IMG/VR virus record: IMGVR_UViG_3300020465_001196
Origin: a virus
Taxonomy: Duplodnaviria > Caudoviricetes
DNA length: 64,000 nucleotides
Reading direction: 5' to 3' (one strand)
The number at the start of each line of letters is the position of its first letter. Position 1 is the first letter of the stretch. The position numbers and the translations under genes were made by a program. Shown piece by piece: positions 47,495-54,655 of the stretch. The notes under the pieces are model-generated. The model was not told the origin of the DNA. It ran no database searches and saw only the letters and a list, made by a program, of their open reading frames with translations.

Positions 47495-48278
47495 CATTTC
47501 CTTCATTGCTAAAATGATACCCGTTATCTATTTGATAAGATTCAAAATTCTTTTTACCAAATAAACCTTCTATAGATGGAAAAGGTCTAAGCTCAAAAAG
47601 ATTTGAACGAAATTCTGGTTTATACTTTAACCAATAAAATGGTAATACATCTTTACCTTTGGATTGCAAGTAATCTATTAAACTATATGTTTGTGAATAA
47701 TAAAAATATTTTTGATAATCTGTTTCACTTTGTTGTTCATACCAAGTTGCAATATAACTTTTAAAATTTGTTAAAGACAATTGTGGAGTAACTTTATCTT
47801 TTATTTTATCATTATATAATTTTTCTATAAATGATTCCCATCTCTTTTCTTTATGATGTTCACTTGCACTTGCTCCAATTCCTTGACTTAAATGTATTAT
47901 GTGACCACTTAAATCCCATATTTTATAATAGCTTCGATCTCCTTTATCAACTTCATCAAAACCAAAACGTATTCTTTTTTCTTTTTCTTCAATTGGATCT
48001 AACGCAAGTATTGATCTATCATGTGTTGTAATTTGAAATACAAACATATCTGGATCAAACTCTTTTAAAAGATAGTCAGCAACTAAATGACAATACTCAA
48101 CTCCTGCACCTGGTCTACCAGCTTGTATTATATCAGCTTTTATTCCATTATTACCTAAGTAAGTCATTAAATGATAAGGGTAAGTTTCATTATCTGGCAT
48201 ATCACCATTACCTGTTGAACTTAATCCTCTAGTCCAACTGCAACCTAAACAGGCTATCTTTAAATTTTTATTTGGCAT
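47442..48278 (-). CDS. SGNH-hydrolase-like protein 4
   Basis: CLGCSWT, PGAG, DNGYHF. Confidence 0.65.
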   Translation of the reverse strand: MPNKNLKIACLGCSWTRGLSSTGNGDMPDNETYPYHLMTYLGNNGIKADIIQAGRPGAGVEYCHLVADYLLKEFDPDMFVFQITTHDRSILALDPIEEKEKRIRFGFDEVDKGDRSYYKIWDLSGHIIHLSQGIGASASEHHKEKRWESFIEKLYNDKIKDKVTPQLSLTNFKSYIATWYEQQSETDYQKYFYYSQTYSLIDYLQSKGKDVLPFYWLKYKPEFRSNLFELRPFPSIEGLFGKKNFESYQIDNGYHFSNEGNAKLVDDFLGPSILGTMK

Positions 48279-48669
48279 ATTCTTTTACTTTATGAAACAT
48301 ATTATACGCACCATTTCTTCTGTTAGGTGACAAAATATTTATTAACTGTAGACTTTCAATAACGTTATCAATATCTGTGTTTTGTATTTCTTTTTTAGTT
48401 ACATCGCTAAAGATATCTGCAACCATTGTTACTATTCCTTTAGTAATATGTGCATCTGAATCTGCCATAAATGATATTGTACTTTCGTTATATTTTGGAA
48501 CTAACCATACTTGACTCATACATCCGTGAACTTTAAATGTATCTAATCTATACTCTTCTGACATAGAACTTTTACTACCTAATGTTATTAGATATTGATA
48601 TTTGTCCATATTATTATCAAATAATTCTAAATCTGTTTTATATTTTTCTAATTTTTCTTGTATAGACAT
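48268..48669 (-). CDS. sufE: SufE-family cysteine desulfurase sulfur acceptor
   Basis: DKYQYLITLG, KVHGCMSQVW (active Cys), DSDAHITKG, LSPNRRNG. Confidence 0.92.
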   Translation of the reverse strand: MSIQEKLEKYKTDLELFDNNMDKYQYLITLGSKSSMSEEYRLDTFKVHGCMSQVWLVPKYNESTISFMADSDAHITKGIVTMVADIFSDVTKKEIQNTDIDNVIESLQLINILSPNRRNGAYNMFHKVKEYAK

Positions 48670-48701
48670 TTTATCCTTTTTGTGCTATGTTAAATATAGT
48701 T

Positions 48702-49883
48702 ATGCACACACCAAAATCATTTTGTATACTACCATGGATATCATTAGAGTCCACAGCCGCAGGGTGGGTTAAACCTTGCTGTATGTATAATAATAACATG
48801 ACTGATGAAAACAATCAACCATTCAATTTACAAAAAAATACATTTAATGATGCTTGGAATAGTGATTATTATAGAAACCTAAGACAAGAATTCTTAGATG
48901 GTAAAATGCCAAAAGGTTGTACAAAATGTTGGAGTGAAGAAGCAAGTGGTAAAGTATCTAAACGTATTAGAGATAATCAAAAATACAAACATCATATTAC
49001 TGAAGAAATAATACAGGAACCTAAATTAAAATATTTAGATCTAAAACTAGGAAACATTTGTAATTTAAAATGTCGTATATGTGGAACACATTCAAGTTCA
49101 AAATGGATAGCAGAACAAAAGCACTATGACAAGCAAGACAATCACGAAGAAGAACACACACGTCATGGCTGGCCTGAAACTAACAAAAAGTTTTGGGAAG
49201 AACTTGAAGAACTGTTGCCAACATTAGAATACATCGACTTTACTGGTGGTGAACCATTTATGATTAAAGAACAATTTGAACTATTAAAGTTTTGTGTTGA
49301 AAAGGGTTATGCAAAAGATATTGGCATACACTATAACACAAATGGAACACAATTACCAAATGATGCATTACAAAACATATGGCCGCACTTTAAATCAGTT
49401 GACGTGCAGTTTTCAATTGATGGAATAGAAAATCATTTTGAATATCAAAGACATCCTGCTAAATGGAAAAATGCTTTACACGTTATAAATGAATTTAAGA
49501 ATAAACAAAGCAAAAAGTTTACTGTTGGTATATGTCATACAATTAACATCTTTAACGTGCTATACATACCCAAATTTTTAACATGGGCAAAAGAATTTGG
49601 TATAAGTGTATACTTGAACAGTTTACATTATCCATCGCATTATAATATTAAGTGTTTACCAAATGAGGCTAAAAGAAACATTACTAATAGGTTACAAGAA
49701 AACAATAACAAAGACATACAAACGTTCATTGATTATATGAATCAAGATGATAATGGATATCATGATTGGATGAAATTTGTACATTGGACTATGCGTGTTG
49801 ATAAATTTAGAAGCGAAAACTTTGAACAAGTTTTTCCAGAACTAGCAGAAGCAACTGAATATAAATATTATAAAAGGAAATAA
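48702..49883 (+). CDS. N-terminal twitch-domain radical SAM protein 4
   Basis: FCILPW...PCC...CTKC, CNLKCRIC, FTGGEP; start set at MHTPK after the TTAAATA box. Confidence 0.9.
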   Translation: MHTPKSFCILPWISLESTAAGWVKPCCMYNNNMTDENNQPFNLQKNTFNDAWNSDYYRNLRQEFLDGKMPKGCTKCWSEEASGKVSKRIRDNQKYKHHITEEIIQEPKLKYLDLKLGNICNLKCRICGTHSSSKWIAEQKHYDKQDNHEEEHTRHGWPETNKKFWEELEELLPTLEYIDFTGGEPFMIKEQFELLKFCVEKGYAKDIGIHYNTNGTQLPNDALQNIWPHFKSVDVQFSIDGIENHFEYQRHPAKWKNALHVINEFKNKQSKKFTVGICHTINIFNVLYIPKFLTWAKEFGISVYLNSLHYPSHYNIKCLPNEAKRNITNRLQENNNKDIQTFIDYMNQDDNGYHDWMKFVHWTMRVDKFRSENFEQVFPELAEATEYKYYKRK

Positions 49884-49885
49884 CA

Positions 49886-49996
49886 ATGTTTATTATAAAT
49901 TGGTTTAAAAACAAGTGGCAAGATTATAAAATTTGGCGAGCTTACAAAAAGAAAATTAAAAAATTAAAAAAACAAGATCCTTTTATTTACAGATAA
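49886..49996 (+). CDS. 36-aa basic protein ending DPFIYR (below track cutoff)
   Basis: Manual translation MFIINWFKNKWQDYKIWRAYKKKIKKLKKQDPFIYR; fills the gap exactly. Confidence 0.6.
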   Translation: MFIINWFKNKWQDYKIWRAYKKKIKKLKKQDPFIYR

Positions 49997-50332
49997 ATGA
50001 TTAACAAATCTGTTCTTTTAAAAAATATTAAAAAGGTTATTGAAGGAAATGTTATGGATCCAGATTGGACGTATGATGATTGTCGTTTAGAAAACAATGG
50101 ACTTATTCGCAAAGGCTGTGGATATAATCAATCTTTTAAATATAATGTTCCGTTAGTTAAAATGGACATCAATATGAAAATTATAGAATGGTGTAACAAA
50201 TATTGTGATGGCAAATTTGGTTGGTACTTTGAAGATTGTGAACCTTCACGTTCTTGGCCAGCAAGGCAACGAGCAATAATAACTTTTCAACGTAAAGCAG
50301 ATTGCTTTAATTTTAAATTAAAAATTTTATAG
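49997..50332 (+). CDS. Hypothetical protein
   Basis: IIEWCNKYCDGKFGWYF...ITFQRKADCFNFKL. Confidence 0.65.
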   Translation: MINKSVLLKNIKKVIEGNVMDPDWTYDDCRLENNGLIRKGCGYNQSFKYNVPLVKMDINMKIIEWCNKYCDGKFGWYFEDCEPSRSWPARQRAIITFQRKADCFNFKLKIL

Positions 50333-50361
50333 TTGACAAACATATCTCTGTAGTTTATTAT
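50333..50361 (+). promoter_or_regulatory. Sigma70 promoter (leaderless)
   Basis: TTGACA-N17-TATTAT, ATG 6 nt downstream. Confidence 0.6.
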
Positions 50362-50367
50362 GGCGTT

Positions 50368-50577
50368 ATGTTTAACAATGAGGATCAAGTAGTTAAAATA
50401 ACCTGTACTGATAATGGTGCAACTGCTACCGGAATAGTAATTAAAGATCATCCAAACGGAGATAAAACAATCATACTTGAAAAGACAATGAAAATGACTT
50501 TTAAAAAGTATCGAGGTAATGTTTGGATTTGTCAAATGCTAGGACGTGAGTATGTTTACGACACAAGGGTTACATAA
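50368..50577 (+). CDS. Hypothetical protein
   Basis: 69-aa ORF behind a promoter. Confidence 0.6.
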   Translation: MFNNEDQVVKITCTDNGATATGIVIKDHPNGDKTIILEKTMKMTFKKYRGNVWICQMLGREYVYDTRVT

Positions 50578-50591
50578 TAAATACTCTTATT

Positions 50592-50903
50592 ATGTATAGA
50601 CCATTACCAGACGGATTAACAATTAAAGAATCTAATGTGCAAGGCTTAGGCTTGTTTGCTACAAAAGATTTTGAAGCATGGACCATTTTAGGAATTGTTC
50701 ATATTATGGATAAAAACTTTCCACATGGTGCTATACGAACTGCCTTGGGTGCTTTTTATAATCATTCAGATGATCCTAATTGTAAAAATGTAAAAGGCTT
50801 TTGGCATCAACTTCCTGTAAAGTATCTGCAAACAATTAAACCAATTAAAGCAGGTGAAGAACTTACATCAAAATATACGTTGTACAACGACTTTGACTAT
50901 TAA
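50592..50903 (+). CDS. SET-domain protein (lysine methyltransferase-like)
   Basis: GLGLFA, FYNHSDDPN, GEELTSKY; AATAAATA box at 50576. Confidence 0.85.
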   Translation: MYRPLPDGLTIKESNVQGLGLFATKDFEAWTILGIVHIMDKNFPHGAIRTALGAFYNHSDDPNCKNVKGFWHQLPVKYLQTIKPIKAGEELTSKYTLYNDFDY

Positions 50904-51019
50904 CCAAAACCAGTCCAGTTCCAAGGATCTTTAAATTTATCTTCTTCTGATTTGTGTGGTGGAGACATTGCAACTCTAAATGCAAAGCCAATTGCTATAC
51001 CAATTAACATCCAGGTCAT
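50900..51019 (-). CDS. 39-aa single-TM protein (below track cutoff)
   Basis: MTWMLIGIAIGFAFRVAMSPPHKSEEDKFKDPWNWTGFG; ATGA-coupled to the SDR. Confidence 0.6.
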   Translation of the reverse strand: MTWMLIGIAIGFAFRVAMSPPHKSEEDKFKDPWNWTGFG

Positions 51020-51570
51020 TGTATTGGATCCATATGTAATTCATTTATGTTAATATTCACTGGAGCATCAATAATCCATTTAATATATTCTGCGGCTTGT
51101 ATTACGTTCATTAGTTTTCTATCAGGATGTTTTTCATGTACTTTTTTAGTTTCTAATGAACCAAATGATATATAACTTACTCTAATACCACTGTCTCCCC
51201 ATATACCTAACATTGCATATTGATGACTCATACTTTTAAGTGCTTTCTTTTCTTGCGGATAAATCCATTCAGCACCTTTTGTTGATCTATCTACTGTTGA
51301 ACCAATATTAATAATAAGACCTTTTTTATTTTCTTCTTGCCATTTTTTCCAAACAGTTTCTAATACTAATGATTGATTAAATTGATGTAACGCACTACTG
51401 TTAATAAACACATCATAGTGTAGACTAGACTGTGCTATTTTAACACGGCCTTGTTTAGTACATAAGTCGTAATCATTTGTTCTACTTGCAAAATCAGTTT
51501 GCGTATGAACAATAGAAAACTTCTCAGCAAGTCCGTATGTTGGATTGCCTGTCATTAATACTTTTAACAT
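51016..51570 (-). CDS. Compact short-chain dehydrogenase/reductase
   Basis: VLMTG...G, DVFINSS, IINIGS, YPQEK (YxxxK). Confidence 0.75.
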   Translation of the reverse strand: MLKVLMTGNPTYGLAEKFSIVHTQTDFASRTNDYDLCTKQGRVKIAQSSLHYDVFINSSALHQFNQSLVLETVWKKWQEENKKGLIINIGSTVDRSTKGAEWIYPQEKKALKSMSHQYAMLGIWGDSGIRVSYISFGSLETKKVHEKHPDRKLMNVIQAAEYIKWIIDAPVNININELHMDPIQ

Positions 51571-51882
51571 TTATACCTCTAGCTGTTTTTCAATTGCAAC
51601 GTCTTTAAGTTCTTCTGGTATGCCTTTAGGATATGATGGGCTTATTTGAAACTCTTCACCTGTTTCTTCATTTTTACATCCTGCTACTAACCAATCCCAT
51701 TTAAAGTTCATATCATCTACAAATTCCCACAATACATCATACGTACCATTATCACGAGTTTGCATTAACAACTCTGCTTTACATTCTTCCATAGTATCAA
51801 ATGTTTTTTCCATTTGGAAAGTTTGTTGAGTTGCTATAGGATCTTGTCCAATTAAATAAGCTAAAATTAATATCTTAAACAT
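51571..51882 (-). CDS. Hypothetical protein
   Basis: 103-aa ORF, ECKAEL motif, abuts its neighbours. Confidence 0.6.
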   Translation of the reverse strand: MFKILILAYLIGQDPIATQQTFQMEKTFDTMEECKAELLMQTRDNGTYDVLWEFVDDMNFKWDWLVAGCKNEETGEEFQISPSYPKGIPEELKDVAIEKQLEV

Positions 51883-52260
51883 TTACTTTAACTCCACTTG
51901 TCCACCTGCGTCTTCAATTTCTTTTTTAAATTTTTCAGCTTGGTCTTTAGCAACTTCAGTATCAACTGTTGCAGGCATATCACCTTCAACAAATTGTTTG
52001 GCTTCCATTAAACCAATACCTTTGATTGTTTTAATTGCTTTCAACACGTTAATTTTTTTACTACTGTCAAAGCCTGTTAGTATTACATTAAATTCTGTTT
52101 TACTTGCATCAACAGGTGCCGCCGCTGGCGCTCCTGCTGTTAAATTGGCTAAATCTAAATCCCATTCTTTTTCTAATTGCTTTGCAAGTTGACCTGCTTC
52201 TACTACTGTTAGTTGTCCTAATTGTTCTATTAGTATATCTAATTTGTTTGTTTCTGTCAT
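51883..52260 (-). CDS. rplL: 50S ribosomal protein L7/L12 (bL12)
   Basis: LTVVEAGQLAKQLEKEW NTD, Ala/Pro hinge, KTEFNVIL, KKINVLK, GLMEAK, IEDAGGQVELK; TATAAGTA box at 52293. Confidence 0.95.
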   Translation of the reverse strand: MTETNKLDILIEQLGQLTVVEAGQLAKQLEKEWDLDLANLTAGAPAAAPVDASKTEFNVILTGFDSSKKINVLKAIKTIKGIGLMEAKQFVEGDMPATVDTEVAKDQAEKFKKEIEDAGGQVELK

Positions 52261-52323
52261 AAATCCTTTTATATTATAACTGTTGTTTTAATTACTTATA
52301 TTAATATTGTATTATAATTGGGG

Positions 52324-52584
52324 TTATATGTCAATCTGCTCATTGTAAACTTTAAAAGCATCTGGGTCCAACGTTGATATAGTGTACTCCCCAAGTATCT
52401 TACCATTTTTATTATCTTGTTCAGTAATTGACATATGGCATTTCTTACACTTCCAACCTTCTACCCAAAACTTATCTTTATATATTGGTAGTTCAGTTTC
52501 TTTATTAATGCAATGAGTATGTAGCCAAACAGGTATGCCTGTTAGTTTATACCACATCCTGCGTTTGTGCAATGTCCATTTCAT
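52324..52584 (-). CDS. Hypothetical protein (Cys/His, possible Zn binding)
   Basis: HTHC...CKKCH. Confidence 0.55.
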   Translation of the reverse strand: MKWTLHKRRMWYKLTGIPVWLHTHCINKETELPIYKDKFWVEGWKCKKCHMSITEQDNKNGKILGEYTISTLDPDAFKVYNEQIDI

Positions 52585-52799
52585 TATGGTGTATACCTTT
52601 TTATTCTTTTATCAAATTCTTCTTTAGTTATATCGTCAAATACTATACAAGTCCATTTGTTTGAATCTCTTAATTTTTCAAATTCTTGCCAAGCCATACG
52701 TTTAGTAAAGTAACCTAAATAAATCGTATCAGTTTTTCCATTATCAGCATTGTGCATATAAACTTTATGAAATTGATTATGTGTTTTTTCAAAACTCAT
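52584..52799 (-). CDS. Hypothetical protein
   Basis: 71-aa coupled ORF. Confidence 0.55.
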   Translation of the reverse strand: MSFEKTHNQFHKVYMHNADNGKTDTIYLGYFTKRMAWQEFEKLRDSNKWTCIVFDDITKEEFDKRIKRYTP

Positions 52800-52800
52800 A

Positions 52801-52896
52801 TTATAACCAAATCAATGTTTCATGAATGTAACCTAGCCAGAGTGCTATTAAGATTGCTAATGCAAAAAACCCTAGTAACAGTTTCATCAACTCCAT
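52801..52896 (-). CDS. 31-aa single-TM microprotein
   Basis: Manual translation MELMKLLLGFFALAILIALWLGYIHETLIWL. Confidence 0.45.
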   Translation of the reverse strand: MELMKLLLGFFALAILIALWLGYIHETLIWL

Positions 52897-52900
52897 ACAT

Positions 52901-52981
52901 CTACCAAACATATACTCCTAGGTAGAAAGCCAATACAACCATTGCTATAATCAATAAACCTTGTACTACATATGAGTTCAT
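52901..52981 (-). CDS. 26-aa single-TM microprotein
   Basis: Manual translation MNSYVVQGLLIIAMVVLAFYLGVYVW. Confidence 0.45.
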   Translation of the reverse strand: MNSYVVQGLLIIAMVVLAFYLGVYVW

Positions 52982-52989
52982 GATAATAT

Positions 52990-53316
52990 TTATTGGAAAT
53001 ACTTAAATAGGCCTACCATTAAGAATCCTGTAATTATGACTGAAGTAATCATAGATAACCAAAATCCATAGTTAGGTATCATATAAACAAATATAGGAAA
53101 GAATAATAAACTTACTAAAACAAAATATACAGTTTGAATACTAATCATTTTAAACGTCTGTACGTCAACTCCTGCATAATGCATAAAGATAAATGAAACA
53201 AATGTTGCTAAAGGTATGCCTAACACAAAGGCTCCTATAGTAGGATAACGTCCTCCTATAGTACTAACTGTTGCAATAATAATACCGCCAATGATTGCTT
53301 TAAGTAATAGTTCCAT
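52990..53316 (-). CDS. 4-TM membrane protein (DUF3147-like)
   Basis: KAIIGGIIIATVS...GAFVLGIPLATFVSF. Confidence 0.65.
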   Translation of the reverse strand: MELLLKAIIGGIIIATVSTIGGRYPTIGAFVLGIPLATFVSFIFMHYAGVDVQTFKMISIQTVYFVLVSLLFFPIFVYMIPNYGFWLSMITSVIITGFLMVGLFKYFQ

Positions 53317-53317
53317 T

Positions 53318-53524
53318 TTATATTGTATTGCCTGTTATATTCCACCATTCTTTTTCATCAACGTTATGGCATCTAGACATCATAACTCCTGGCTTAGGCA
53401 TAGTATTAAAGAACTCCATATGTTCAATACATTCTTCTTCAGTATTGAAAAACTTACGTTCGCTTTCGTACCATCCACCTTCGGGACCTGCGATAAAAAA
53501 TAATATGATTAATGCCCATTTCAT
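53318..53524 (-). CDS. Small exported/membrane protein
   Basis: MKWALIILFF signal-like, EECIE and RCH motifs. Confidence 0.55.
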   Translation of the reverse strand: MKWALIILFFIAGPEGGWYESERKFFNTEEECIEHMEFFNTMPKPGVMMSRCHNVDEKEWWNITGNTI

Positions 53525-53532
53525 AGTACTAC

Positions 53533-53751
53533 TTATTGAACACACCAAACTTTTAATGACTCTACTTCAATACGAGCTTCATTAAACTTTGCTAATGTTT
53601 CTTCAGCTCTTTGTTGTGCTACAACTTCACATTGTTCTAAATTAACATATGAGGTATTACTAGCATCTTCAAACTGCGTACATTCTAATTCAGATAGCAT
53701 TGTGTAGTCTGGCCATTCAAGCATACAAATTACTGCAACGATTTTCCACAT
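53533..53751 (-). CDS. Small exported protein
   Basis: MWKIVAVIC, EQCE, WCVQ; SD GAGG and ACTAAATA box at 53771. Confidence 0.6.
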   Translation of the reverse strand: MWKIVAVICMLEWPDYTMLSELECTQFEDASNTSYVNLEQCEVVAQQRAEETLAKFNEARIEVESLKVWCVQ

Positions 53752-53780
53752 AGTAACCTCTCTCTCAAAGTATTTAGTGG

Positions 53781-53965
53781 GCAGGGGCTCATATATTGTA
53801 TTTTGTGTATGCGAAAAATTTTTTTGCAGGGGTGTTTATATTGCATAGTTTGTATTAGCGATTTTTTGTATGTGCGGGGTTATATATTGTATTTGTGTGT
53901 ATGTGGCGGTTATATTGTATAGTTTGTATGTGCGGCGGTTAGTTTGTATTTGCTTGTATTTGCGG
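53781..53965. repeat. Degenerate G/T-skewed direct repeats, about 5 copies
   Basis: Units like GCRGGGGT-TATATTGTATAGTTTGTATGTGCG at about 53781, 53826, 53874, 53906 and 53932. Confidence 0.75.
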
Positions 53966-54306
53966 AAAATTATAAGCAATCTAATTAACTTTACAAAAGG
54001 ATATAACATAGCTCGTCTATACGGATATATCTGCTCGCTAGTGGAACGGAACTTACGTTCCTTTTCCAGCTCTCGCAGAAGACTCTAATTACAGCAACCA
54101 CCATGCCCCACCATAGCAAATAGTAATAAAGATTTCATTACAGTATGTTACACGCCTTAGACTAATTGTTCACCGTGTGTGTATGCTGTTATATGTGCTA
54201 ACACTAACAAGTACAGAGCATTACTAGTACTACGTATATCATAGCCTTTAATCCTGTTTTAAAGCCCGTGTATCCTATATCCTGACAGTTCTGCTTAAAT
54301 AGTGCT

Positions 54307-54393
54307 ATGAACGATCGTATAGTTGAAATAGTGTTGTATGTACTTGCCGCTTTATGGTGGTTTATATTTGTGTATATGATATTTGTGGGTTAG
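54307..54393 (+). CDS. 28-aa single-TM microprotein
   Basis: MNDRIVEIVLYVLAALWWFIFVYMIFVG; CTTAAATA box 5 nt upstream. Confidence 0.45.
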   Translation: MNDRIVEIVLYVLAALWWFIFVYMIFVG

Positions 54394-54529
54394 AAACCTA
54401 TATAGTTGAAGCCAACACAGTTATTACAGTTTTCCAAGATAGTGCCAGTGTGATCCATTAAGTTATACCTCTCGCCGCGAGGTATTGTTATAAATGCTAT
54501 TTTTTATAGCATTTTAATTTGTAGCATCA

Positions 54530-54655
54530 TTCACAATGGTTCATAGTAGTTCATAGTGTTCACAGTTCTTTACTGTTGATCACATCACAGTACTGCGTGT
54601 AGGCTCATAGTAGCTCACAGTTGAATAACTGTCGTTTCTGTTGAGTTCATGGTTC
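54530..54655. repeat. 9-10-nt direct repeats YTCAYAGTRG, about 7 copies
   Basis: TTCACAATGG, TTCATAGTAG, TTCATAGTG, TTCACAGTT, ATCACAGTA, CTCATAGTAG, CTCACAGTTG. Confidence 0.7.

Noticed and set aside
10000-49883. RiPP system built on the radical SAMs
   Set aside because: No precursor-like peptide, RRE domain, peptidase or exporter nearby; the context is glyco enzymes.
53779-53880. G-quadruplex from GGGG runs
   Set aside because: The runs are separated by about 40-nt loops, too long for a stable intramolecular G4.
53870-54088. 72-aa plus-strand ORF in the gap
   Set aside because: Translation of the GT-rich repeats (Val/Cys/Tyr biased); no SD.
54090-54115. tRNA or tmRNA 3' end (CCCCACCA at 54106-54113)
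   Set aside because: No T-arm GTTCRA or cloverleaf upstream. I saw no convincing tRNA anywhere in the window.
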